Shown one piece after another: positions 16,943-26,221 of a stretch of DNA of 64,000 bases. This stretch comes from a virus (taxonomy: Duplodnaviria; Caudoviricetes). The translations under genes and the position numbers were made by a program. Where the stretch lies: the IMG/VR virus record IMGVR_UViG_3300042567_001420; one strand, given 5' to 3'. A model generated the notes under the pieces. The model ran no database searches. It saw only the letters and a program-made list of their open reading frames with translations, and had not been told where the DNA came from. How positions within the stretch are numbered: position 1 is the first letter of the stretch; every line of letters begins with the position of its first letter.

Positions 16943-18244
16943 TTACATCAAGTTCAACACTTGTGTACGACGATAATATTGGTTACGATTTGCTGTGAAT
17001 GATGCTGCATCTGCATCTGATACGCCATCGGCAGATGTAACGTATGGGTTAGCAATTAAACCATAACGTGTCTTGAAGCCAATTTTTGGCTGGAAGCTGT
17101 TAGGATCAACTGCGCGAACCATTTGTAAAGGAACATATGGGCAGTAGAACATACCTGCGTCATAAGGAGAAGAACCCTTATAACCAACCATGTAGAACTG
17201 GCTTGCTGAACCTAGGTTGCTGGAATACGGATCAATATAAACACGATAGCGTCCGTTTAGAACACCTGCGAATGTATTGCCTGTATCGTCAACATTTAGA
17301 CCTGTGCTCAAAGCTGGAGCGTAGTCTAGAACACCTGACATAGCTAATGCACTTGCAACGTCTGCAGAGCAAACGATGAAGTTACCTTTACCACGACGTG
17401 TGTCTTGTGCAATGTGGTTAGCATCGCGTTCAATGTTGAACAATAGACCTTTGAAACGCTCAACAGACCAACGTCCATTAGAGTCAACGTCTAAGTCAAA
17501 TGTACCAGCAGATGCTGTTGCAGGTGAACCTGGTTTAGCAACTTTGTAAATTGTACGAATAACTTCGCGATTAATTTCAAACATGAATTCTTGTGACAAG
17601 ATGTTTGATAATTCTGCTTCAGCGTCAAGACCGTGAATAGCTTTCAAGTCTTGTGCTAATTCAACAGTGTATTCAGCCTTTAAAGCACGTGATTTCGCAG
17701 TAACTGTTGTCTTATCAATGGAGAAAGACATTTCGTTGAATGCTTGACCACCAGTAGTGCCCATAGCTTCAGCAGTTGCTGTAGCAACGCCGGCACCTGT
17801 TGTGTAAGCGCCGCTAACAGGATTTGATCCTGCGTGAGTAGTTGCAGTACCTGCAAATGAGGTGTTAGCTTCATTGTACAATGCTTCAACGCGAGTTGAA
17901 GTATTGTTACGCTCTGTACCATATGTAGAACGCATTGCAAAGATCAAACCTGTTGGACCTGTCATTGGCTGAACGCCGCAGATGTCATAAGCCATTAGGT
18001 TAGGCATTGCACGACGTACTAAACCGATCATGATCGGATCATACTTGTCGATACCGCTTGTTGCGTTAATATTGTTTGCAGGAGCTGCCTCAAACATTGC
18101 GCTACGCTCTTCACGTAGTGAACGCTCTTGGTTCTCTAACAATACAGATGTAACTGCACGCTTGTAGGAATCCTTGATCGCTGGAAGATCAGGGTGCTCT
18201 AAAATGGCTTGCCATTTTTGTTGTAAGTTTTCAGATAAAAACAT
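16943..18244 (-). CDS. gp23: major capsid protein
   Basis: VQPMTGPTGLIFAMR, KSRALKAEYTVELAQDLKAIHGLDAEAEL, FQPKIGFKTRYG. Confidence 0.99.
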   Translation of the reverse strand: MFLSENLQQKWQAILEHPDLPAIKDSYKRAVTSVLLENQERSLREERSAMFEAAPANNINATSGIDKYDPIMIGLVRRAMPNLMAYDICGVQPMTGPTGLIFAMRSTYGTERNNTSTRVEALYNEANTSFAGTATTHAGSNPVSGAYTTGAGVATATAEAMGTTGGQAFNEMSFSIDKTTVTAKSRALKAEYTVELAQDLKAIHGLDAEAELSNILSQEFMFEINREVIRTIYKVAKPGSPATASAGTFDLDVDSNGRWSVERFKGLLFNIERDANHIAQDTRRGKGNFIVCSADVASALAMSGVLDYAPALSTGLNVDDTGNTFAGVLNGRYRVYIDPYSSNLGSASQFYMVGYKGSSPYDAGMFYCPYVPLQMVRAVDPNSFQPKIGFKTRYGLIANPYVTSADGVSDADAASFTANRNQYYRRTQVLNLM

Positions 18245-18274
18245 TTATTTTCTCCTTGATGGATAACGTATTAA

Positions 18275-19411
18275 TTACGCTCTTTTGATTGATCTTGAAA
18301 GCGCTTGCGCGTATGCGTTGACTACAGTGTCACCCGTATAATCAGGTGTACTGCCATTGTCTTCAATTAAAGTTTGTTGAACTTGTGAAGTCTGTTTAGA
18401 TTCAGTTAATTGCTTCTTAGGGAAATAATTTTCCTTAATAACAGAAACTTTCTCTCTATATAGATCTTCATTCTCAAAATCAACACCCTCTAAAAGCTTA
18501 CCTAATTTAGCTGCTTCTGTATCAGCTAGATCTTTGGACAGTTCTTCGACAACTGCAATTCGCTTTAAAGAAGTGACTTCTTTGTTAAGGTCTACATTGT
18601 GACCAATAGCTTCGTCTAGTTTTGCTTCTAGTTCTTCTGCCTTGGCTTGTAGTTCACCGATTACATCATATTTTTCTTCGGGTACTTCAATGTAGTGTTC
18701 CTTGAATAATACCTTTAGTCCTGCCATGAAGTCTTCTGCAATCTCTGTGCGAAGACCATTCTCAATGGCTAATTCGTTATCTCTAATGTAGTTTTCGACC
18801 ACATAGTTTAGATACGAGTCAATTTTCTCAACAATACCTTCTTTGTAGTCAGCTACATCAGCTGCATACTTTTCTTCTAGAGAAGAAGTTACTTTGTCCA
18901 TTTCCGAATTAACGCGAGCAATAACTGCTGCTTCGAAAATAGATGTGGCCTTCTCTTTAAATTCTTCTGAAAGATCATCGCCAAAGATTGGTGATAGATC
19001 GATTGCGGCAGGGGCTGCTACAACTTCATAGTCATCTTCAGCTACAACGTCTGCATCATCGGCTGTCTCATCTTCTTCGCGCATTCCTGCAGAAGTAGGT
19101 TGACCGACAACAGAAGTAGGATCTGCCGTAGTAGTGAAATTAGGAGCGGATCCTGGACCAGACTGTGTTAATGCGTTTTTCTTAACATTACCAGAAACTT
19201 TGGCACCCTGATTCTCTTCTTTCTCATCACGTACTTCGTAAGAAGCGTCTTGCGAGTCGCCCTGTTTTGGGTTTGTTGCATCGCCGCTATTCGCTGGCTT
19301 AATAGTGCTGTCTTTGTTGACGCCGGTTGCGCCCATCATATCAGCCTCTTCAAGACTTGCTTTAGCATCTACGCGCCCTAGCAATTCTTTAATTTTGCTT
19401 TCTACTGACAT
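18275..19411 (-). CDS. gp22: prohead core scaffold
   Basis: EFKEKATSIFEAAV, IDSYLNYVVENY, HYIEVPEEK. Confidence 0.95.
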   Translation of the reverse strand: MSVESKIKELLGRVDAKASLEEADMMGATGVNKDSTIKPANSGDATNPKQGDSQDASYEVRDEKEENQGAKVSGNVKKNALTQSGPGSAPNFTTTADPTSVVGQPTSAGMREEDETADDADVVAEDDYEVVAAPAAIDLSPIFGDDLSEEFKEKATSIFEAAVIARVNSEMDKVTSSLEEKYAADVADYKEGIVEKIDSYLNYVVENYIRDNELAIENGLRTEIAEDFMAGLKVLFKEHYIEVPEEKYDVIGELQAKAEELEAKLDEAIGHNVDLNKEVTSLKRIAVVEELSKDLADTEAAKLGKLLEGVDFENEDLYREKVSVIKENYFPKKQLTESKQTSQVQQTLIEDNGSTPDYTGDTVVNAYAQALSRSIKRA

Positions 19412-19440
19412 TAGTGTCTCCTAAATGGATTGTTCTTAAT

Positions 19441-19448
19441 TATTTATA
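19441..19448 (-). promoter_or_regulatory. T4 late promoter TATAAATA
   Basis: Exact consensus upstream of gp22. Confidence 0.8.
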
Positions 19449-19455
19449 AGTTTGG

Positions 19456-20106
19456 TTATCTAGATAATCTAGATATAAACTCTTCAAACATCTTTAATTT
19501 TGTCTCTTCGAGATTAGCTTTAGATGCCTTCTTTAATGTTTGTTGCGCTCGTTCGACGTCAATCGCTTTCCAAACTCCGTTTTCGCAAATCCATTCTGCA
19601 GACTCATAAATGCCTTGAACATAGGCATCATGTGCTGACGGATCCGCGACAATATCTACAGTCGCAAGATGAAAATCATCCTGTACTTCATTAACACCCT
19701 CTTTATTGAGTTTTAATGATCCTAACCCTCTAGATGAAACTCCCAACATTATTTCGTTCTCAATTAAATTGCGAGCAATGTTACCCATTGGGGTTTCTAA
19801 AATTTTTGCTTTACCAATTACATTTTTACCTTCAAAACGAAGGCTTGTAATTAGGTGAGATACTTTATCTAAATTAAGTGTTGGGTTAGAAGGATGCCCT
19901 AACTCTCCCAAAGAACGCTTCTCGTCAATTAATTTTTGATATCTAGCAACTTCTTTTTCCATAACAGCCATGGGATACATTCTACCATTTCTGTTAGGTT
20001 GTTCTGCCTGCATAAAAATGCCTTCAATGAAAACATTCTTACCGCCACCTTTTTTATCTTCTTCAAGATATTGTAGGTCTTGTACGACTTCTGTAATTAA
20101 ACGCAT
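19456..20106 (-). CDS. gp21: prohead protease
   Basis: NRNGRMYP, GELGHP, GVSSRGLGS, DIVADPSA. Confidence 0.97.
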   Translation of the reverse strand: MRLITEVVQDLQYLEEDKKGGGKNVFIEGIFMQAEQPNRNGRMYPMAVMEKEVARYQKLIDEKRSLGELGHPSNPTLNLDKVSHLITSLRFEGKNVIGKAKILETPMGNIARNLIENEIMLGVSSRGLGSLKLNKEGVNEVQDDFHLATVDIVADPSAHDAYVQGIYESAEWICENGVWKAIDVERAQQTLKKASKANLEETKLKMFEEFISRLSR

Positions 20107-20119
20107 TTTTATCTACCTA

Positions 20120-20524
20120 TTATACTTTAGTTTGTTGATCGGGTTCTTGATACCCGTTTTTCTTTGTCAATGTTAAATATAATGTTCCGCCAGCTGGTGG
20201 CAATAGAATATTTATATTTGAACTAGAATTTGAATTATCAGGAAATCCAAACATTTGTGTTAAGGACCAATTGTCATTGCCAAACAATATCAATGTATTT
20301 GCAGCTGCAGTATGTGGTCTTTTAATAACAATGGGGGATGCAACTGAATCGGATGCAGACCAAACCATGCCTGTAATTGTAACATTAGTATTAGCGTAAC
20401 CTAAAAAAGTTTCATCCGCTAAAGCCAAATCAGAATTTAAATCAACGTTGGCCTGACCGTCGCCGACAAATTTAACAACCGCCTGTTGTCTAACTTTTTT
20501 AATTACCGTTTTTGTGACAGCCAT
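20120..20524 (-). CDS. hypothetical virion/head-module protein
   Basis: 134-aa ORF with RBS between the head genes. Confidence 0.65.
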   Translation of the reverse strand: MAVTKTVIKKVRQQAVVKFVGDGQANVDLNSDLALADETFLGYANTNVTITGMVWSASDSVASPIVIKRPHTAAANTLILFGNDNWSLTQMFGFPDNSNSSSNINILLPPAGGTLYLTLTKKNGYQEPDQQTKV

Positions 20525-20533
20525 TTGTGCCTC

Positions 20534-22075
20534 TTAAAAGTTTCTAGATGCGGCAGACGCTAGTCTTGCAGCAAAATTTTGTTTACCAATAGCTTTAGTT
20601 ACGCCACCAATTGCTTTGATGCTTTTAGGTACACCTTTTTGTGTGTTACCACGCTTTGAAGCAACTTTGGGGTCTGTAACTTTATTCACATATGATTGAT
20701 ATGTAGATGATTTCAATTCGTCAATTTGATTTTCGTCATCTTGCTCAACGCTATCACCCATATAGCGACCTTTTTCATATCCTCTGCTATTGGGATCTGC
20801 TTTGGGAGCAGGTGCACTCGCAGGCTTTGGATATTGTTTTGCGCTGGCGGTTTTAATGCCTTTTTCCAATTTGGCTTTTTTAGCCATTGAATTTGCATCA
20901 GTGTTGTTTCGTATGCTGTCAAATTTCTTGTGGCCTGCTACTTTATAATTTTGTAAAGTATTTTTTGATAATTCATCTAAAGTGTTTTCGCCGTCTGGTT
21001 CAAATGATGCAACTTGCATTGCGCCTTTTGATTTCATCCATGCCTCATATTCAGACATATCGCGGAATTTTTTCCCTGTAATTTTTTGCTTCATCTGATC
21101 TTTATCATTAGTTGCAAAATATTTTTTCATATCTGCCAATTTAGCTGATACAGGAGCAGGTTTTTTATTCTGTGAACCAAAAGATAAATTCATCTCATCT
21201 ATTTCACTTGACATATAGTTTGAAACAGTTGAAATATAATCTTCTGCCAGTGTAATTTTAGATTGAACCCACTCAGGAAGATTATCATTGTCTTCTAGCA
21301 TATCATGCACTCTTTGAGCATTCATTATAATACTTCGTAATTGACCACGGGCCATATCGCCTTCGTAATCGTATTCACTTTTTTCTTTGGCTTCTTTAAC
21401 TTCCGAAGCATGATGCTTTGATAACTCAAATGTAAATTTACCAGCTTGTACAGGCATACCTGTATGAATAGCTTGATGCTTAACATTTGTACCGTGAATA
21501 GCATTGGCAACAGATAAATTAGCGTGAGTATGAATATTACCTTCTGAGTCTTTTGTAAGCACTAAAGGATCTTCATGAGTTGTAGTAACTTCTTCATTTC
21601 TTTGAATGTTACCTTTTAAAGTTTTAACATCTTGTTTGTTTGCTTTTCCTGTGCTAGTTACACGAGCAGGAGTTCTGTTTGCAAGTTTATCATAACTTCC
21701 AAGTGTATGGCCTGGTCTTGCATAGTGACTTTTGGCATCAGCGGCACCTTGAACGGCAGCTGCTGATTTTGCATCTTTAGTCTTTTTGGCATGGTCTGCA
21801 AATTTTTGAGGATCGTGTGACTTACCATAGTAGTAATCGGAATCAGGATCCGATGCTGACTTAGCAGCTTTAGCTAAAGTCTTTGTTGATATTTCATCAA
21901 GGTTTTCTTCAGCAACTCTTTTAGCGGCTGCTGTAGCAATAGCCATCTTTTTGCCCATGTCCATACCTGGATTCTCACGCTCCATGGCCATAGCAATTTC
22001 CTCTCGCTTTTTCTTTTCAGCGGGAGTAAGAGTTTTTTCTACTAAATCTAATCTTATTTGATTAAACTTCTTCAT
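20534..22075 (-). CDS. putative internal head/prohead core protein with repeated (L/I)DE modules
   Basis: Lies between gp20 and gp21; Lys/Ala-rich; repeats LDEIS, LDELS, IDELK. Confidence 0.6.
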   Translation of the reverse strand: MKKFNQIRLDLVEKTLTPAEKKKREEIAMAMERENPGMDMGKKMAIATAAAKRVAEENLDEISTKTLAKAAKSASDPDSDYYYGKSHDPQKFADHAKKTKDAKSAAAVQGAADAKSHYARPGHTLGSYDKLANRTPARVTSTGKANKQDVKTLKGNIQRNEEVTTTHEDPLVLTKDSEGNIHTHANLSVANAIHGTNVKHQAIHTGMPVQAGKFTFELSKHHASEVKEAKEKSEYDYEGDMARGQLRSIIMNAQRVHDMLEDNDNLPEWVQSKITLAEDYISTVSNYMSSEIDEMNLSFGSQNKKPAPVSAKLADMKKYFATNDKDQMKQKITGKKFRDMSEYEAWMKSKGAMQVASFEPDGENTLDELSKNTLQNYKVAGHKKFDSIRNNTDANSMAKKAKLEKGIKTASAKQYPKPASAPAPKADPNSRGYEKGRYMGDSVEQDDENQIDELKSSTYQSYVNKVTDPKVASKRGNTQKGVPKSIKAIGGVTKAIGKQNFAARLASAASRNF

Positions 22076-22244
22076 TTTCTTGTTCTTCTTTTTGTCCGAT
22101 TGAAGCTGCTATTTCTTGTTTCTTTGTATCTAATGCATTGGATAATTTAAATCCCATTGCTGCATTAAATTGATTAACTGCATCGTTTGAACGATCAGCT
22201 AAAATATCATCTACCATATTTCTAAGCGTTGCTGTAGTTTCCAT
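22062..22244 (-). CDS. small prohead core protein (gp67-like position)
   Basis: 60-aa ORF with an acidic C-terminus, immediately after the portal. Confidence 0.6.
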   Translation of the reverse strand: METTATLRNMVDDILADRSNDAVNQFNAAMGFKLSNALDTKKQEIAASIGQKEEQENEEV

Positions 22245-22252
22245 AATTTTCC

Positions 22253-23800
22253 TTACTGTTGATTATTTATAGCATCTAGAGGTTGTCCGCCAGCGCCCAA
22301 TGTAGGTGAAGGTTCAGATTCAATCTGTTCTTCCATCTGCCCAATTTCTTCATCAGTCATTCTTAACACATTTTTCATTATATATTGTTTACTAAAATAA
22401 GTCCCAACATATGGTTGCATCTGATTAATAATATCTACGCGGTTACGAAGATTTTCAGAATTTTTCATTTCCTCAAAATATTGATCTTGTGCAAACTTAT
22501 ATTGTATTTTTTCTTTAATATCATCCCAATCTTGGTCGGTTATAACACCTGTTAAGATTAGTTGTGTTTTAAGAACATCATTAAATAATTCACTAAACTT
22601 CTTACGCAGTCTGCCAACAAATTTAGCAAACTTTAATTCATCTCTAGTAATCTCTGTTGCTCTACCAAATGAAATACCTTGTTGAGGTTGCATTCTTGAT
22701 AAAGGAACATTCAATGCCTGATATAACTTATTCTGAAAATAAACTATGTCTTCAATTTGACCTAAGTTTTCACCGCCGGGCAAAGTAGTAATTTCAGTAC
22801 CTCTGCCGCCTTCTCTACGAGGCAACCAAAAGTCTTCCAACATTGACATAAATTTACGGTCATCTCTGATTTCGCCGGTAGCAGAATCATAAACAATCTT
22901 GTTTCTATAGCGAGCCATAATATCTTTTAAATATTGCTCAGCTTTCAATTTAGGTAAATTACCTACATCAATATAAAATATTCTTCGTTCTGGAGCACGA
23001 GCAAGTCTATAAATGACTAACGCGTCTTCCATCATTTTAAGTTGGTTAACCGGCTTAATAGCCTTATGTAAGTAACTTAAAACTACATTTTGTTCTGAAT
23101 CATTTAACCCAGAAGGAACATATGTTATAGAATCTACAGCAACTTTTAGTCCCTGATTTGTACCAGAAACTGAAGTTTGATAATTGGGATTATAGTTAAT
23201 CCCTTTTTCGCTATAGATAAAATATTCTTCAATTGACTTAATTAAATCAACACCCGTTTTTTGATCCTTATCCTTTTTAACTTCTCGGACTTTACGAATC
23301 TTTCTTGGGTCAATTTTTCTTAATTCTAAGATTCCCTTTTTAGGGGTCTTAGTATCAATAATTTTTTGATAATATATTCTTCCGTCAATATACCAACTGC
23401 GGAATATATCAAAGCCCTTCATATTAAAATCCAACAATCGCACAACAGTATTAAACTGTTCCGTAATTGCGGTTTTAATGTTGTCAGGTAAATCTAATCC
23501 ATCAATATTAATCTGTACTGCAGCTTCATCTTCAACCGCTGCAATTGCTTCAGTTACAATTTCATCAATTGCACTGGAACAATCAGCATACATAGATGCT
23601 TCTCTGTATCGAGTAATTAACTCAGATTCAGACTTTGCGGTAGCATCCATATTAAGATAGGTGCCAAAATAGCCACCACCTTGTACGGTTGCTGTTCCAT
23701 CATCAGTAACAGGTGGCACGAAAGATTGATTCCGCGCCACCTTGTTAATATCATTTACATCGTCACGACTAATTGTATAGCCAAACAAATTAATTGCCAT
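22253..23800 (-). CDS. gp20: portal protein
   Basis: LKMMEDALVIYRLARAPERRIFYIDVGNLP, EDFWLPRREGGRGTEITTLPGG. Confidence 0.99.
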   Translation of the reverse strand: MAINLFGYTISRDDVNDINKVARNQSFVPPVTDDGTATVQGGGYFGTYLNMDATAKSESELITRYREASMYADCSSAIDEIVTEAIAAVEDEAAVQINIDGLDLPDNIKTAITEQFNTVVRLLDFNMKGFDIFRSWYIDGRIYYQKIIDTKTPKKGILELRKIDPRKIRKVREVKKDKDQKTGVDLIKSIEEYFIYSEKGINYNPNYQTSVSGTNQGLKVAVDSITYVPSGLNDSEQNVVLSYLHKAIKPVNQLKMMEDALVIYRLARAPERRIFYIDVGNLPKLKAEQYLKDIMARYRNKIVYDSATGEIRDDRKFMSMLEDFWLPRREGGRGTEITTLPGGENLGQIEDIVYFQNKLYQALNVPLSRMQPQQGISFGRATEITRDELKFAKFVGRLRKKFSELFNDVLKTQLILTGVITDQDWDDIKEKIQYKFAQDQYFEEMKNSENLRNRVDIINQMQPYVGTYFSKQYIMKNVLRMTDEEIGQMEEQIESEPSPTLGAGGQPLDAINNQQ

Positions 23801-23818
23801 TATTTAAATTCCAAAAAA

Positions 23819-24412
23819 TTAAACACTTAATCCAAGCACTGCACCTGCTATTAGTGTGGAAGCCGCTACACTATCAGCTGCTCTTAGACCATACTCAAAA
23901 TGCTGGTATTGGAATGAAACTGTAAATGTAGATAATTGATCATTTGCGCTAAAGTCTAATCCAACAGGAGAAATATCCACTGGAAATGCACCTAGCATTT
24001 TATATGATCTTAAAGTTGCACCATTTCTATCCAATTGCATAACATCAATGATTGACTGATATGCAGTAGGATTAGTAAAACCAGTTTTTAGTCCCATGTT
24101 TTCAATTCCATTCATCCACTCTTCTATACCATTTCTTAGTTTAAAATCTGTGTCGTTTAAAATTGTGCATTGGAAAGGTGCGAATACTTTATCGCCAGCC
24201 AGTTTAACTTCCCTACCTCTATAAAATACCGGAGTGGTACCTATAGTCTGGCCTGGAAGTTCTGCTACTGTAACTAAGAAACTACTAGATTCTAATAGTT
24301 GTCTGTCGTTTTGAACATACGCCGGAAACCCAATTCTAACTTGGAATTGATTAGGACGAGCACCGCCGCCCTTTAGTTGCGTTTTAAATTGATCTATTCT
24401 AAAATTGCTCAT
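23819..24412 (-). CDS. gp19: tail tube protein
   Basis: GGGARPNQF, YRGREVKLAGD, TILNDTDF. Confidence 0.96.
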   Translation of the reverse strand: MSNFRIDQFKTQLKGGGARPNQFQVRIGFPAYVQNDRQLLESSSFLVTVAELPGQTIGTTPVFYRGREVKLAGDKVFAPFQCTILNDTDFKLRNGIEEWMNGIENMGLKTGFTNPTAYQSIIDVMQLDRNGATLRSYKMLGAFPVDISPVGLDFSANDQLSTFTVSFQYQHFEYGLRAADSVAASTLIAGAVLGLSV

Positions 24413-24427
24413 TTATTTTCTCCGGTA

Positions 24428-26149
24428 TTAAGCGCCGAGCTCTTCAAAAGAAATACTCGATCTAGTGGCAACAAATGTCAATGTTATAAAGTTAATAGAA
24501 CGAGCAGGCTTAACAAAAATGTCAGCTCTAAATTCATTTCTATCAATCACGTCGCCAGTATTGTTTGTTTCGTCACAAACAACTTTGAAGTCTGTAATAC
24601 CGCGACGACCCTGAACATCTCTTAAGAATGGTTCAACTAAATTTCTAAATTGAGCACGTGTGAATTGATCGTTAAATTCAAACAACTGGAATTTTGCGGC
24701 TGTAGCAACTGCTTTTTCCAACACGATAAACAATCTACGAACATTGATTCTATCAAATGCGCTTGGTTTAGCTTGCATTGTTTTGTCGCCAAACAATATA
24801 GTACCTTGTCCAGGGAATGTTACCACAGGATTGATACCTGCTTTGTATAACGTATCTCTGTCAGCTTTACCTGGGCTATATGCTAATTTAACAACATTTC
24901 TAATTTGTCCGCGATTGTAACCACTAGGGCTGAACCATGGATCTGCTACAAAATCTGTTCTTGCGCATAAACCAGCAACGTCGCCATTTAATGGGACCCA
25001 ACGATATTTGTCATTGTAACGGTCATACTGATATTTCCATCCGGAATCTATTTCAGCATAGCTAGAATTTACAGAGATTTGATTATTTCTATAATCTACA
25101 ACATTAATTGGTTGCTGAGCAGGAGTAACGCCTACCACATCTGATAACTCAGGTGATAAGAATACCATACAATCTTTTCTGTCTTCTGCAAGGGCTACTA
25201 AACTACTAACAACTGCGGCGTTACTCCATGGACCTGCAGGAATTAAACTAACGTCGAACTCTTCGTCATTGGAGAATAAATCAAATCCGGCAATAACATT
25301 GCCATTACTTAGGGCAGTCTCTGCAGAAACACCTAGCGATAAGGATGCTGCTACACCTGTAGATAAAGAAGTAAATGCCTTCCCCGCTATTGCTGCAGTT
25401 CCCCACGCGTTTGCGCCAGAGGTCATTCCTGTTGGATGATCTATAGACCAAACATATTCCGAAGATAAATTAATTACATCTTTATAGTAATTGGAAGAAC
25501 CGTTAGTATTTCTAGCATCTGATGCTTTTGACAAAAATGCGAATTTTTCTAATACGGAGTTGCGTGCACCGCCAGACCATGCTCCGTCTTCGTCAATCAC
25601 AAGAACGTGAACTTCATCATTGGTTGCGCCAACTGAAGTTGCGTATGTTGACGTTCCTGGAGAACTATCAAATTGTCCCGTAATATTAGGAGTAACTGCG
25701 GTAGTTGCAAATGTGTTTGCGTCTACTAAAACAACTTTTAAAGAGTTACCTAGATTTCCTGGGTATTTTGCAGCAAATTCGCCGAGGCCTAAGCCACCTG
25801 CCGAATATATACCATTTAAAAAGTCATCTTCATTTTTAATTAAAATTGCGGTTGCGCTTGCGTTTGCAATTGCGTTTTTCGCGGTTCCTTCGTTAACAAC
25901 ACGAACTAGTTGTAAATTATTACCGTATGATAAAAAGTTAGCTGCAGTATAAAATGATGTATAAGTTTCGTCAGTAGGCCCGCCGAAAAACTTAACCAAA
26001 TTATTCTCAGAATCGACGGTGGTAACTTGCCCAACAGGTCCCCATTGGAAGGCGCCAGCGAATGCGCCAGCGGAAGTAGCAACAGCCGGCACTATCGAAG
26101 ATAGATCCTTTTCTTGTACTAGTACGCCAGGTGAAAGCTGAAATGCCAT
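24428..26149 (-). CDS. gp18: tail sheath protein
   Basis: SPGVLVQEKDL, PWFSPSG, RINVRRLF, IFVKPARSINFI. Confidence 0.98.
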   Translation of the reverse strand: MAFQLSPGVLVQEKDLSSIVPAVATSAGAFAGAFQWGPVGQVTTVDSENNLVKFFGGPTDETYTSFYTAANFLSYGNNLQLVRVVNEGTAKNAIANASATAILIKNEDDFLNGIYSAGGLGLGEFAAKYPGNLGNSLKVVLVDANTFATTAVTPNITGQFDSSPGTSTYATSVGATNDEVHVLVIDEDGAWSGGARNSVLEKFAFLSKASDARNTNGSSNYYKDVINLSSEYVWSIDHPTGMTSGANAWGTAAIAGKAFTSLSTGVAASLSLGVSAETALSNGNVIAGFDLFSNDEEFDVSLIPAGPWSNAAVVSSLVALAEDRKDCMVFLSPELSDVVGVTPAQQPINVVDYRNNQISVNSSYAEIDSGWKYQYDRYNDKYRWVPLNGDVAGLCARTDFVADPWFSPSGYNRGQIRNVVKLAYSPGKADRDTLYKAGINPVVTFPGQGTILFGDKTMQAKPSAFDRINVRRLFIVLEKAVATAAKFQLFEFNDQFTRAQFRNLVEPFLRDVQGRRGITDFKVVCDETNNTGDVIDRNEFRADIFVKPARSINFITLTFVATRSSISFEELGA

Positions 26150-26202
26150 CTTATTCTCCTTAAGATTTTATAGATAGTCCAATATAACTATTGATTACTA
26201 TT

Positions 26203-26210
26203 TATTTATA
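26203..26210 (-). promoter_or_regulatory. T4 late promoter TATAAATA
   Basis: Exact consensus upstream of gp18. Confidence 0.8.
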
Positions 26211-26221
26211 AGTATCTCTTT

